A stretch of 64,000 nucleotides of DNA from an uncultured Clostridia bacterium (GCA_947631705.1 CANRMJ010000003.1:6566-70565), one strand, 5' to 3'. Positions 26,614-36,460 are shown, counted from the stretch's first letter. Numbers and translations: made by a program. The notes: generated by a model from the letters alone, not told the origin.

Positions 26614-28798
26614 ATATGATGACGGTTTTGCCGCGTTTTTTGAAGAAATAAAACAGCATCCGCAATATAACGCGGAAAAAATCAAAGAAGCGTATGAGCT
26701 TGCAAAAAACGCTCACGGAAATCAAAAGAGACGTTCGGGTGAGCCTTATATTATGCACCCTGTTGCCGTGGCAAAAATTCTTTTTAAGCTCGGAGCCGAT
26801 AACGAGTGCATAATCGGTGCTTTGCTGCATGATGTTGTTGAAGATACGGATTGCACGCTGTCTTATATCAGCGAGCATTTCGGAGATGATGTAAAACTTC
26901 TTGTTGACGGCGTTACAAAACTCGGCAAGATTTCTCTCTCAACAAGAGAAGAGGTTCAGGCGGAAAATATCCGAAAAATGTTTATGGCTATGAACAAGGA
27001 CGTTCGCGTTATAATCATCAAGCTTGCCGACAGACTTCACAATATGCGCACTCTTGAACATATGCCTGAATACAAACAGCGGGAAAAAAGTCTTGAAACA
27101 CTTGAAATTTACGCTCCGATAGCCCATCGCCTCGGTATTCGCGCAATAAAAGACGAGCTTGAGGATTTGGCGGTGTTTTATCTAGACCCGATCGCCTATA
27201 AAGAAATTGAGTATTCCCTTTCTATGAAACAGGAGGAGGGGCAGAAATTTTTAAGCAAAATCAAATCTCAGATAAGCGATAGAATCACGCCTGTAATAGA
27301 AAACGCAACCATATCCGCAAGGGTCAAATCAGTTCACGGAATTTTCAGAAAAGTATATATAAAAGGCAAATCGTTTGAAGAGATATACGATATTTATGCT
27401 GTGAGAATCATAGTTGATTCAATGATAGACTGCTATAACGTTCTTGGAATAGTTCACGATATGTTTAAGCCGATACCGGGCAGATTTAAGGACTATATTT
27501 CAACTCCCAAGCCAAATAAATATCAGTCTTTGCACACCACGGTTTTATCGGAAAACGGAGTACCGTTTGAAATTCAGATAAGAACGTGGGAAATGCACCG
27601 AACGGCTGAATACGGCATAGCCGCTCACTGGAAATACAAGATGGGCAAGGGCGGAAAAGACAGTCTTGATGCCGGCTTGTCGTGGATTCACAGCATGATT
27701 GAAATGGGCGAAGAATCAGACAGCGCGGAGGATCTTGTTGCAAATATCAAGGGCGACCTCTCTATTGAGGAAGTGTATGTTTTTACGCCTAAAGGCGATG
27801 TTAAAAATCTTCCTTCGGGCTCAACCGTTATAGATTTTGCATATGCTATTCATTCGGCTGTCGGCAACAAAATGGTGGGCGCAAAGGTAGACGGCAGAAT
27901 CGTTCCGCTTAATTATAAGATAAAAACAGGCGAAAAAATAGAAATTTTAACCTCTAACCAGCAGGGAAAAGGACCAAGCAGAGATTGGCTTTCAATTGTT
28001 AGAACCGGCGAGGCGAGAAGCAAAATACGCAGTTGGTTCAAAAAGGAAAGACGCGAGGAAAACATAGAAGAGGGCAAAGGCATAGTTGAACGCGAACTTC
28101 GCAGAAACTTTATAAGATTATCGGGTGAAAAATACGGCGAATTCATACAAAAAATTGCAGGGCGCCAGCATTTCGTAAACACTGATGAATTTTACGCTGC
28201 CGTAGGATACGGCGGAATTCAGTTTAACCGTTTAATGCCGGGCATAAAGGATGAATATAACCGAAATTGGAAAGAGGAAAAGGAACCCGAAAAGCTGATT
28301 GGCTCGTTTGCCGCGGAAAAGCCGCGCAAAACGCAGGCGTCAGATAACGGAATCGTGGTGGAGGGCATTGATAATTGCCTTATCAAAATAGCAAAATGCT
28401 GTTCTCCGCTGCCTGGAGAGGAAATTGTGGGCTTTATTACAAGAGGCCACGGTCTTTCAATTCACAAAAGAAATTGTGTGAATGTGCCGCAGGATCTTGA
28501 AAACTGTGCAGAGCCCGATCGCTGGATCAAGGCGTATTGGGATGAAAGCGTTAAGGTTGAATCAATGTCCACACTTGACGTTTATGCGATAGACAGAGAC
28601 GGCGTTGTTCTTGATATAACGAGCAAGCTTATGAATATGCACGTTAAAATTCATTCGATAAACGCAAGACCGATAAACGACGGAAACTGCTTAACAACTC
28701 TTACCGTTGCGGTAAACAGCAGAGAGCACCTTGATAATATTGTTAAAATTATCAGAAAAATCGAGGGCGTTTATCATATAGAAAGAAGCGGATTGTAA
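26606..28798 (+). CDS. relA: Bifunctional (p)ppGpp synthetase/hydrolase, RelA/SpoT (Rel) family
   Basis: HD domain (HPVAVA..L, LLHDVVEDT), synthetase domain (YQSLHTTV, EIQIRT..MH..AE.G.AAHW.YK), and TGS and ACT-like C-terminal regions. The start codon is uncertain (TTG at 26606). Confidence 0.9.
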   Translation: MIEYDDGFAAFFEEIKQHPQYNAEKIKEAYELAKNAHGNQKRRSGEPYIMHPVAVAKILFKLGADNECIIGALLHDVVEDTDCTLSYISEHFGDDVKLLVDGVTKLGKISLSTREEVQAENIRKMFMAMNKDVRVIIIKLADRLHNMRTLEHMPEYKQREKSLETLEIYAPIAHRLGIRAIKDELEDLAVFYLDPIAYKEIEYSLSMKQEEGQKFLSKIKSQISDRITPVIENATISARVKSVHGIFRKVYIKGKSFEEIYDIYAVRIIVDSMIDCYNVLGIVHDMFKPIPGRFKDYISTPKPNKYQSLHTTVLSENGVPFEIQIRTWEMHRTAEYGIAAHWKYKMGKGGKDSLDAGLSWIHSMIEMGEESDSAEDLVANIKGDLSIEEVYVFTPKGDVKNLPSGSTVIDFAYAIHSAVGNKMVGAKVDGRIVPLNYKIKTGEKIEILTSNQQGKGPSRDWLSIVRTGEARSKIRSWFKKERREENIEEGKGIVERELRRNFIRLSGEKYGEFIQKIAGRQHFVNTDEFYAAVGYGGIQFNRLMPGIKDEYNRNWKEEKEPEKLIGSFAAEKPRKTQASDNGIVVEGIDNCLIKIAKCCSPLPGEEIVGFITRGHGLSIHKRNCVNVPQDLENCAEPDRWIKAYWDESVKVESMSTLDVYAIDRDGVVLDITSKLMNMHVKIHSINARPINDGNCLTTLTVAVNSREHLDNIVKIIRKIEGVYHIERSGL

Positions 28799-28799
28799 A

Positions 28800-29249
28800 A
28801 TGATTGCAGTGTTGCAGCGTGTTATTGAATCAAGCGTTAAAGCAAACGGTGAATCGGCGGGGAAGATAGGAAAGGGACTGATGATTCTTCTTGGCGTTGC
28901 CGAGGGTGATACCGAAAATGACGCCGATATACTTATTAAAAAAATTCCGTATCTTCGCATTTTTGAGGACGAAAACGGGAAGATGAATCTCTCATGTCTT
29001 GATACGGGCGGAGAAATTCTTGTGGTGTCGCAGTTTACACTGTGCGCCGACTGTTCTCACGGCAGACGGCCGAGCTTTGCAAAATCGGCTTCTCCCGAAA
29101 CCGCAAACGCTCTTTATGAATACTTTATAAAGGGTCTTAAAGACGCGGGTGTGTCAGATGTGCAAACGGGAAAATTCGGCGCCGATATGAAGGTTAGCCT
29201 TATAAACGACGGTCCTGTTACAATTATTCTAAACAGCAAAGAATTGTAG
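28800..29249 (+). CDS. dtd: D-aminoacyl-tRNA deacylase
   Basis: 149 aa with MIAVLQRV, SQFTL and NDGPVT. Confidence 0.9.
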   Translation: MIAVLQRVIESSVKANGESAGKIGKGLMILLGVAEGDTENDADILIKKIPYLRIFEDENGKMNLSCLDTGGEILVVSQFTLCADCSHGRRPSFAKSASPETANALYEYFIKGLKDAGVSDVQTGKFGADMKVSLINDGPVTIILNSKEL

Positions 29250-29285
29250 AAATATTTTTGTTGTTATTTTTGAGAGGCTGATAAA

Positions 29286-29900
29286 ATGATAAAAGTTAAA
29301 TCAATTGTTCTCGGAATGCTTGAAAATAACTGCTATCTTCTCACAGATGAAAAAAGCGGAAAGTCGGCTCTTGTTGACTGTACCGACGCATCGGAGCGTA
29401 TGACTGATTTTTTAGGCAACGCCGATCTTGAATATATACTTCTGACACACGGCCATTTTGACCATATAGGCGGAGTTGCCGAAATCAAGGAAAAATACGG
29501 CGCAAAAGTTGTTATCAGCAGAGAGGATGAGGCAATGCTTTCTTCGGGAAAGCTCAGCCTTGCGGCATTTTCGGGGATATCCCAAAACAGCGCAAAGGCT
29601 GATATTATCGTTTCAGACGGCGATGTTCTTAATCTCGGAGAAACAAAAATCTCCGTTATGTCAACACCCGGTCACACCAAGGGAGGGCTCTGCTTTATTG
29701 CGGATGACGCCATCTTTACGGGCGACACCTTGTTTTACTGCTCTTGCGGAAGAACCGATTTTCCGGGAGGCTCATTTGAGGAAATCAAAAAAAGTCTTAA
29801 AAGACTTGCAAGCCTTGACAAAAATTACAGGCTGTATCCCGGGCACGAAAGTGAATCGACGCTTAATTTTGAAAAGAAAAACAATCCCTATATGAGATAA
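29286..29900 (+). CDS. Cytoplasmic MBL-fold metallo-hydrolase (glyoxalase II-like)
   Basis: Motifs LLTHGHFDHIGG, TPGHT.G, GDTLF and PGH. Confidence 0.8.
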   Translation: MIKVKSIVLGMLENNCYLLTDEKSGKSALVDCTDASERMTDFLGNADLEYILLTHGHFDHIGGVAEIKEKYGAKVVISREDEAMLSSGKLSLAAFSGISQNSAKADIIVSDGDVLNLGETKISVMSTPGHTKGGLCFIADDAIFTGDTLFYCSCGRTDFPGGSFEEIKKSLKRLASLDKNYRLYPGHESESTLNFEKKNNPYMR

Positions 29901-29903
29901 AAT

Positions 29904-31385
29904 ATGATTATTATAATTAAAAATCATTCTTATCGGTTTGATATTGAAAATATTTGTGAGATATTTTTTCCGTATGAAAAAATCAATGTGTATGAAAATC
30001 AAACCGACGTGAAAGACCCTATCACCGTTATAACGTGCATAAACGGCAACAAGCTTGTTGTGGACGCTCTGGTGTACGATAAAAGCAAACGGGCGGTTGA
30101 ATCCGCAAGCAAGCTAACAGACAGGAAAAGCGCTCTGTCGGTTCTTTTGTATAACACCCTGTCCGAACTGCTCGGCGTTTCATATCCTTGGGGGATTCTC
30201 TACGGCGTGCGCCCGGTGCGGCTTATGCATGCCCTTACAGACAGATACTCCGAGGATTATGCAAAGAGCATTTTCAGAGAAAAATATCTTGTGAGCAGTA
30301 AAAAAACGGAGCTTACGGCTGCTGTTGCCCATAGCGAGAATAAAATTATTGCCCTTTCGGACGATAAGAGCTTTTCGCTTTACGTTTCAATCCCGTTTTG
30401 CCCGACAAGGTGTTCCTACTGTTCCTTTGTTTCTCACAGCATAGAAAACGCCTCCAAACTTGTCGAGCCGTATGTCGAACTTCTTAATAAGGAAATTCGA
30501 AAAACAGGGAGGTATGCCGCCGCTTTGGGTCTTAGGCTTGAAAGCGTGTATTTCGGCGGGGGAACGCCAACTTCTTTTTCCGCCGATATTCTTAAAAGGT
30601 TGTTTGCCTCAATTGAAGAGAGTTTCGATTTAAGCACCGTTAGAGAATATACCGTTGAGGCTGGAAGACCTGATACAGTGACACGCGAAAAACTTATAGC
30701 TCTCAAAGACGCAGGCGTTTCAAGAATAAGCATAAACCCGCAGAGTTTTAACGACGAAGTTTTAAAAACAATCGGCAGGCGCCATACTTCCGCCGAAACG
30801 CTGAAAGCGTTTGAGCTTGCGAGAAAATGCGGGTTCAATAATATCAATATGGATTTTATCGCCGGTCTTCCGGGAGAAAGCCCGGAATCGTTTGAAAGAA
30901 GCGTCAACAAGGGTGTGGAGCTCAATGCCGAATCCGTAACGATTCATACGCTTTCGCTTAAAAGCGGGGCTTATATGGCAACAAGAGATGAGGCGTTTGA
31001 TTCATCATCAAAAAATAACGTTTCCTCAATGGTTGATTATGCGGGCGCGCTTCTCAGCTCAAACGGCTATCACCCTTACTATATGTACCGTCAGGGTAAA
31101 TCTCTCGGAAATCTTGAAAACGTCGGCTGGTGCAGAAACGGTTATGACTGTCTTTACAATGTTTTTATGATGGACGAAACTCACACGGTGCTTGCTGTCG
31201 GAGCGGGCGCCGTTATAAAGCTGAAAAATCAGAATACGGGAAAAATAGAGAGAATATATAATTACAAATACCCATATGAATATATTAATAATTTTGATGA
31301 AATTCTGAAACGCAAGCACCGTATAAATACGTTTTACGATGAATATAATTTCAGTAAGACCGAAACTCATTATTTGCCCGATTAA
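29904..31385 (+). CDS. hemZ: Radical SAM HemN-like coproporphyrinogen dehydrogenase family protein (HemZ-type)
   Basis: CPTRCSYCSF radical-SAM cluster motif, GGGTP and RISINPQSF. The 493 aa length with a long N-terminal extension is as in clostridial HemZ. Confidence 0.7.
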   Translation: MIIIIKNHSYRFDIENICEIFFPYEKINVYENQTDVKDPITVITCINGNKLVVDALVYDKSKRAVESASKLTDRKSALSVLLYNTLSELLGVSYPWGILYGVRPVRLMHALTDRYSEDYAKSIFREKYLVSSKKTELTAAVAHSENKIIALSDDKSFSLYVSIPFCPTRCSYCSFVSHSIENASKLVEPYVELLNKEIRKTGRYAAALGLRLESVYFGGGTPTSFSADILKRLFASIEESFDLSTVREYTVEAGRPDTVTREKLIALKDAGVSRISINPQSFNDEVLKTIGRRHTSAETLKAFELARKCGFNNINMDFIAGLPGESPESFERSVNKGVELNAESVTIHTLSLKSGAYMATRDEAFDSSSKNNVSSMVDYAGALLSSNGYHPYYMYRQGKSLGNLENVGWCRNGYDCLYNVFMMDETHTVLAVGAGAVIKLKNQNTGKIERIYNYKYPYEYINNFDEILKRKHRINTFYDEYNFSKTETHYLPD

Positions 31386-31411
31386 AAAAATAACAATAAA
31401 TACATTTTGTA

Positions 31412-31440
31412 TTGAAATATTATTCTATTTGTAATATAAT
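31412..31440 (+). promoter_or_regulatory. Putative sigma-A promoter
   Basis: TTGAAA, exactly 17 nt, then TATAAT, about 55 nt upstream of the ORF starting at 31496. Confidence 0.5.
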
Positions 31441-31495
31441 GGCAATAAGGAAGAAAATACAAAATAGCATTTTTATGCTGTAAAGGGTGTTAATT

Positions 31496-32017
31496 ATGAG
31501 TAAGTTTGACAATTCATTTAATAATTCCAGAATAGGATTTGAGGAGCTTTTTTCAAAAACAAAGAATGTTGCGGAAAGCCTTAATAAAAAAAGCGCCCAG
31601 GCAATAGACTTGTCTAAAAAAAGAATAGAATATCTTGATACAAAAACAAAGCTTTCAAGGTTCTATGAAAAATACGGGCGCTTACAGTTTAATGTGATGA
31701 TGAATGAGCCGATTGACGAGGAAGAGCTTAATACAGTTGTTTCTCAGATAACCGCTTATCGTGAAAAGCTCGATGTTCTTAAAGCAGAGGTTGAGGACAC
31801 AAGCGAAATAAAGGATACAAGCGAGCTGAAAAGAGAAGCGGAGGAGCTCCGAAAAGAAGTTAAAGCCGCGTCCGCCGAGGCAAGAGAGGTATTTAAAAAA
31901 CAGATGGAGGGCGTTTACAAAAACGCAAAGGGAGTTTTTAAAAATGTTCAGAATCCTCCTAAAGCGGAAGACGAGCCGACAGAGGTTACGGTTGAAGAGG
32001 TTGAACAGCAGGAATAA
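31496..32017 (+). CDS. Hypothetical coiled-coil protein with acidic C-terminus
   Basis: ORF with charged heptad-like sequence and an internal EDTSEIKDTSELK duplication. I recognise no family. The start could be the ATG at 31496 or the GTG at 31487. Confidence 0.55.
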   Translation: MSKFDNSFNNSRIGFEELFSKTKNVAESLNKKSAQAIDLSKKRIEYLDTKTKLSRFYEKYGRLQFNVMMNEPIDEEELNTVVSQITAYREKLDVLKAEVEDTSEIKDTSELKREAEELRKEVKAASAEAREVFKKQMEGVYKNAKGVFKNVQNPPKAEDEPTEVTVEEVEQQE

Positions 32018-32037
32018 TTAAAGAGTAAGAATATTCA

Positions 32038-32069
32038 GGCAGTGCAAATTTTTTGCACTGCCTTTTTTT
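32038..32069 (+). terminator. Rho-independent terminator
   Basis: GGCAGTGCAAA-ttt-TTTGCACTGCC followed by TTTTTTT. It overlaps the track-predicted GTG start at 32042 of the next ORF, which is therefore rejected. Confidence 0.85.
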
Positions 32070-32080
32070 GTGGTGATTTT

Positions 32081-33769
32081 TTGAATAATACAAAGCAAAA
32101 GTACATAAGTTCAGCTCTTTTACTTCTTATAGCCTCCGTTTTTGTTAAGGCTATAAGCGCGGTTTACAAAATACCGCTTACGGCATATATAGGCGCCACA
32201 GGCAGAGGATATTTCAACATAGCGTATAATCTTTATATGCCTTTGCACGCTCTTATAATGGGAGCGCTCCCGGTTGCTCTTTCTCACCTTGTCAGCAAAT
32301 ATAACGAAAAAAACGACGCCGCAAAAATTCATTCGCTTAAAAAGGCAGCAAACCGCTTATTTTTTATTGCGGGAATGTTGGGGCTGTTGTTTATGTTTTT
32401 GTTTGCAAAGCCTTATGCCGAAATCATTTCTTCATCGCCTAAGAGCGTTTATACAATTTATATTCTCGCGCCAACCGTATTGTTTTCTTCAATGGCGGCA
32501 TGCCGGCGTTCGTTGGCGGAAGGTTATATGAATATGGTGCCAACCTCTGTCAGCCAAGTCATAGAGGCGGTGTTTAAGCTCGTTTTCGGTCTGCTTTTTG
32601 CAAAAATTTCAATGGGAAGGCTGTATGAAATGTATTTGCAGATGGGCGCTGTTTTTGGAATAGTATGTGAAAACGAGGAAACCGCGCTTTCCGTTATCTA
32701 TCCGCTTACCTCGGCAGCTGCAATGGGCGGTGTAACTGTTGGCGCGTTCGCAGGGCTTATTTACGTTTCCGTTTACACTTCCGTTAAATATAATTCCTAT
32801 ATTCCCAGAAAAATTTATAAAACGAAAGACAGTATGCGGGAAATTCTTTCTTTTTCGGCGCCTATAGTGGTTTCTACCGTAATGCAGAGCGCATCTTCAT
32901 TTCTTGACAATGCGTCTGTTCAATACTGCCTTTCAATATGTTCGCTTGACGGGCTAAAAACGGCATATGCAAAATGTATAGAGCTTACATCAACGCCGGA
33001 TGAGGATATTGTTACATATATTTACGGATTGTTTTCATCGGCTCAGGATTTTAAAAATCTGATCCCGGGGCTGACAATGGCGCTCGGCGTTGCTGCGGTT
33101 CCCGCAATTTCTGCGGCTTTTGAGTCTGATAATATTCAAAGGCTTTCAACGCTTTCAAACAGTATTTTCAAATACACGTCGCTTATAGCATTCGGCGGAG
33201 GGTTTTATCTTTCTCTTATTGCGCCGAATATGCTTGGAATATTATACGGCTCGTCAAATTATGACATTGTGGCAGGCAGCAGTAATCTGTGCGTCTGCTT
33301 TGGGTTCACAATGTTTATATATTGCCTTGCGGGGCTTTCCGTTTTTTCCGTTCAGGCAATAGGGTGCGCTAAAAAGAGCATACCGTATTTTTTGCTTTCC
33401 GCGGTTGTTCGTGTTGCAGTTAATTTTTTACTTGTTTCCAATTATCGCATTAATCTTTACGGCACTGTTGTTTCCGGCGCGGCGGGTTATCTTGTTATTT
33501 TGATTTCAAATATGATAATTTACAGCAGATATTCCGGCGTGAAATTTAAGCCGTCGGTGCTTTTCTTCAAACCGCTTATGTGTTCGGCTGTTTCTTTTGC
33601 CGCTGCAAAAATGATTTTTTCAAGCCTGTTCAGCGGGGGTGATGATTTATTTGATTTTGCCGTTATGAGCGGAATTTATTTGATTTTATTTACAATTTTG
33701 ATATTATTGTCTAAATTAATCACCTTTTCAGAAATTAAAATTTTACAATACAGTAAAAAAATGGCTTAA
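32081..33769 (+). CDS. MOP-superfamily polysaccharide/lipid II flippase-like membrane protein (YabM/SpoVB/MurJ-like)
   Basis: About 14 predicted TM segments. It sits upstream of mazG, as B. subtilis yabM does. The start is uncertain; the TTG at 32081 is the first in-frame start after the terminator. Confidence 0.7.
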   Translation: MNNTKQKYISSALLLLIASVFVKAISAVYKIPLTAYIGATGRGYFNIAYNLYMPLHALIMGALPVALSHLVSKYNEKNDAAKIHSLKKAANRLFFIAGMLGLLFMFLFAKPYAEIISSSPKSVYTIYILAPTVLFSSMAACRRSLAEGYMNMVPTSVSQVIEAVFKLVFGLLFAKISMGRLYEMYLQMGAVFGIVCENEETALSVIYPLTSAAAMGGVTVGAFAGLIYVSVYTSVKYNSYIPRKIYKTKDSMREILSFSAPIVVSTVMQSASSFLDNASVQYCLSICSLDGLKTAYAKCIELTSTPDEDIVTYIYGLFSSAQDFKNLIPGLTMALGVAAVPAISAAFESDNIQRLSTLSNSIFKYTSLIAFGGGFYLSLIAPNMLGILYGSSNYDIVAGSSNLCVCFGFTMFIYCLAGLSVFSVQAIGCAKKSIPYFLLSAVVRVAVNFLLVSNYRINLYGTVVSGAAGYLVILISNMIIYSRYSGVKFKPSVLFFKPLMCSAVSFAAAKMIFSSLFSGGDDLFDFAVMSGIYLILFTILILLSKLITFSEIKILQYSKKMA

Positions 33770-33835
33770 ATACTTGATAAATTAATACTTTTATTGTATG
33801 ATTATTCTAAACAAGTTAATCTGAGAGGTGCGGCT

Positions 33836-34645
33836 GTGGCGGTTGAATTTGAATTTAAAGATACTTATGATATCTATGATTTAATCAAACTTGTTGCAGT
33901 TTTAAGAGCACCGGGCGGCTGCCCTTGGGACAGGGAACAGACTCACGCTTCAATCAAAAAGAATCTGATAGAGGAAACATATGAGGTTATTGAGGCTATC
34001 AACAGTGAAAGCCTTGATGGGCTTAAAGAAGAATTAGGCGATATTCTTCTCCAGGTTGCCCTCCACGCAGAGATGGAGCGTGAAAAAGGAAACTTTGATT
34101 TTAATGATGTTGCAAACGGAATTTGCCAAAAGCTTATCATCCGCCATCCACATGTTTTCGGCGATTTATCTGCTGAAAATGAAAGGGAGGCGCTTGATAA
34201 TTGGGATGCAATCAAGCTGAAAACCAAAGGAATAAAAAAGCAAAGTGAATCAATGCTTAATGTTCCCCGTGAATTGCCCGCGCTGATGAGAGCGCAGAAG
34301 ATTCAGCAAAAAGCCTCGAAAGCCGGCTTTGATTGGGATGATACCGCAGGCGCGGTAAGTAAGCTTTATGAAGAGATTAACGAGTTAAACGAAGCTTTAT
34401 CAAAGGGTAAAAAGGCAGAAATTGAAGATGAATTCGGAGATGTTCTTTTTTCCTGTGTAAATATTTCACGTTTTATAGGCGTTGATTCCGAAGAAGCGCT
34501 TACAGGCGCAACCGATAAGTTTTTAAAACGCTATTCAATCGTTGAAAAACTCGCTCAGGAAGACGGAACAGATTTGAAATCCGCTTCCGTTGACGCACTT
34601 GATACTCTTTGGGAAAAGGCAAAGAAAATAAGCCGGAATGGCTAA
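33836..34645 (+). CDS. mazG: Nucleoside triphosphate pyrophosphohydrolase MazG (tandem MazG domains)
   Basis: Motifs [26 protein letters not shown] and a second EFGDVLF. The GTG at 33836 with GAGAGG 6 nt upstream is preferred over the TTG at 33794. Confidence 0.85.
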   Translation: MAVEFEFKDTYDIYDLIKLVAVLRAPGGCPWDREQTHASIKKNLIEETYEVIEAINSESLDGLKEELGDILLQVALHAEMEREKGNFDFNDVANGICQKLIIRHPHVFGDLSAENEREALDNWDAIKLKTKGIKKQSESMLNVPRELPALMRAQKIQQKASKAGFDWDDTAGAVSKLYEEINELNEALSKGKKAEIEDEFGDVLFSCVNISRFIGVDSEEALTGATDKFLKRYSIVEKLAQEDGTDLKSASVDALDTLWEKAKKISRNG

Positions 34646-34661
34646 AAACGGAGGAAGTTTT

Positions 34662-34934
34662 ATGAATAAAACAGAACTTGTAGCAGCAGTTGCTGCTAAA
34701 GCAGAAATCTCAAAAAAAGATGCAGACGCAGCAGTTAAGGCTGTTATTGATTCAATTACCGGCGCTCTTGCAGACGGCGAAAAGGTTGCTCTTGTTGGCT
34801 TCGGTACTTTTGATGTTAAAACACGCGCTGCACGCACAGGTAAAAACCCGCGTACCGGTGAGGCTATTAACATTCCCGAGGCAAAGGTTCCTTCCTTTAA
34901 GGCAGGTTCAGCTCTTAAGGACGCTGTAAAATAA
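34662..34934 (+). CDS. hup: DNA-binding protein HU
   Basis: MNKTELV....A..SKKDA...V, GFGTF....RAAR.GRNP.TGE.I.I. The ATG at 34662 has GGAGG 7 nt upstream. Confidence 0.95.
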   Translation: MNKTELVAAVAAKAEISKKDADAAVKAVIDSITGALADGEKVALVGFGTFDVKTRAARTGKNPRTGEAINIPEAKVPSFKAGSALKDAVK

Positions 34935-34946
34935 TTATGAGATTAC

Positions 34947-34976
34947 GGGTCGCCTGAACGGCGGCCTGATTTTTTA
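34947..34976 (+). terminator. Rho-independent terminator after hup
   Basis: GGGTCGCC-tgaac-GGCGGCCT (two G-U pairs) followed by GATTTTTT. Confidence 0.75.
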
Positions 34977-35024
34977 TATGTGTTGTGAAAGAAATAATAA
35001 GTTTTAAGAAAGGCGGCTGATATT

Positions 35025-35264
35025 ATGCGGCTTGATAAATATTTAAAGGTGAGCAGAATTATAAAACGCCGAACCATTGCAAATGAGGCGTGCGACGCCG
35101 GCAGAATTGAGGTTAACGGACGTGTTCAACGTGCGTCTTACAACGTTAAAGTGGGCGATATAATCACTGTGAATATGGGCTCCGTGCCGCGCAAATATGA
35201 GGTGCTTGCGGTAAGCGAGCACGCTCTTAAAGAGGACGCCGCGAGTATGTATAAATTATTATAA
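35025..35264 (+). CDS. yabO: S4-domain RNA-binding protein (YabO type)
   Basis: MRLDKYLKVSRIIKRR..A......G.I.VNG is an S4 fold. Its position between mazG/hup and yabP matches Bacillus. Confidence 0.85.
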   Translation: MRLDKYLKVSRIIKRRTIANEACDAGRIEVNGRVQRASYNVKVGDIITVNMGSVPRKYEVLAVSEHALKEDAASMYKLL

Positions 35265-35348
35265 CTTTTTATAAATCATTATTCGGTCATCTGTATCATA
35301 TATTTTAAAGAGGAAAAAGGCTTTAAGATTTATATTCAGGTGATTTTT

Positions 35349-35724
35349 ATGGAAAACAAAGCTAAAAAGGCACACAGTCTTTATCTTGAAAACCGTAGCG
35401 GGTTAAAGCTTACAGGGGTTACAGACGTGGATTCTTTTGACGAGGAAAACGTTATCGCATATACCGATTACGGCTGTAACTCCTGTAAGCTTTAACCCGC
35501 TACGGTTAAAGCTTACAGGGGTTACAGACGTGGATTCTTTTGACGAGGAAAACGTTATCGCATATACCGATTACGGCTGTTTAACGGTGAGCGGCAGCAA
35601 TCTCCATGTTGAGGAATTAAAGCTCGAATCCGGCCTTCTTGAAATCACGGGAGAAGTTGTGGCTCTTGTTTACAGCAGCAAAACGGAAAAAAGCAAAAAT
35701 ATTTTCAAAAGGATTTTTCAGTGA
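35349..35724 (+). pseudogene. yabP: Sporulation protein YabP, frame-disrupted by a 103-bp fold-back duplication
   Basis: The ATG at 35349 reads MENKAKKAHSLYLENRSGLKLTGVTDVDSFDEENVIAYTDYGC, then NSCKL-stop (TAA at 35493-35495). The C-terminal part (LTVSGSNLHVEELKLESGLLEITGEVVALVYS...) continues in the +1 frame to 35724. Deleting 103 nt restores one 90-aa YabP-like ORF. Confidence 0.8.
35393..35580 (+). repeat. Fold-back duplication inside yabP: direct repeats 35401-35477 and 35504-35580 (77 nt, identical), separated by an inverted copy (35478-35505) of 35393-35420
   Basis: Hand alignment. The reverse complement of 35478-35505 is CCGTAGCGGGTTAAAGCTTACAGGAGTT, against the forward CCGTAGCGGGTTAAAGCTTACAGGGGTT (27/28). 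The junction forms a perfect 15-bp hairpin CCTGTAAGCTTTAAC-ccgctacg-GTTAAAGCTTACAGG. Confidence 0.9.
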
Positions 35725-36182
35725 TTGAAGAATTACCCGTATTTTTGATTATGGGGATTTTTTTTGGCGCACTGTATGATTTTTTCCGCTTTTTTCGGCT
35801 TTTGTTTTCAAACAAGCACGCGGATTTCTTTTTTGATTTCCTGTTTTTTTTCATAATTTCACCTGTTATTTTCATTTTTCTCCTTTCATACAATAACGGG
35901 CAGGTAAGGGTGTTATACTTTACAGCAATACTGTTGGGATTTATACTTTACATTCTGACTGTTTTTCGCCTTACAGGTTATATTGCAAAGCCCGTAACAT
36001 CTTTTTTTAGGCGTTTTATGAAAAAACGTTTAAATAATTTTAAAAAAGTATTGCAAAGTATTACAAAAGTGTATTATAATGTTTCTGTGTTAAGTAAGAA
36101 GCCTTTACGATTTTTGAAAAGGAAAAAGAAAAAAACAGGTGATTCAAATGGCAATGATTTTCAAGAATTTGAAACAGAATAA
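35721..36182 (+). CDS. yabQ: Spore cortex biosynthesis protein YabQ (small multi-TM protein)
   Basis: Hydrophobic 153-aa ORF overlapping the yabP stop by 4 nt (GTGA). Synteny is yabP-yabQ-divIC. Confidence 0.7.
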   Translation: MIEELPVFLIMGIFFGALYDFFRFFRLLFSNKHADFFFDFLFFFIISPVIFIFLLSYNNGQVRVLYFTAILLGFILYILTVFRLTGYIAKPVTSFFRRFMKKRLNNFKKVLQSITKVYYNVSVLSKKPLRFLKRKKKKTGDSNGNDFQEFETE

Positions 36183-36456
36183 AAAATATATTGCTTTTAT
36201 TATTGTTGGAATACTGCTTGTGATTTTCTTTTACTGCGGTGGGCGTGTTATTGCTCAGGGAGCCGATATAAATCGTCTTAAAAATCAAAAAGAGGCCTAT
36301 GAGCAACAGCTTGAGGAGCAAAAAGAGGTTAATGCAGAGCTTGAGGAAGTTCTTGAATCTGATAATAAGGACGAATATATCGAAAAAAAGGCCCGCGAAA
36401 AAGGCTTTGTTAAATCAAATGAAATTGTGTTTTACGACATTTCGGGCACAGACTGA
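36148..36456 (+). CDS. Septum formation initiator family protein (DivIC/FtsB type)
   Basis: Short N-terminus, one TM (YIAFIIVGILLVIFFY), then a coiled coil (LKNQKEAYEQQLEEQKEVNAELEE). The ATG at 36148 follows AGGTG. Confidence 0.75.
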   Translation: MAMIFKNLKQNKKYIAFIIVGILLVIFFYCGGRVIAQGADINRLKNQKEAYEQQLEEQKEVNAELEEVLESDNKDEYIEKKAREKGFVKSNEIVFYDISGTD

Positions 36457-36460
36457 TATA

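Noticed and set aside
29476-29895. A 139-aa ORF lies in an alternative plus-strand frame inside the MBL hydrolase gene. Similar cases are 34690-34929 inside hup and 59982-60188 inside pfkA.
   Set aside because: They overlap well-supported genes in the same orientation, are Arg/Lys/Leu-rich translations typical of off-frame reading, and have no start context.
35393-35505. The inverted 28-bp repeats flanking a 57-bp segment in yabP could be a site-specific invertible (phase-variation) switch.
   Set aside because: No recombinase or invertase gene is nearby. A third, direct copy follows immediately. Inverting the 57-bp segment would not restore the reading frame. A fold-back duplication or an artefact explains the topology better.
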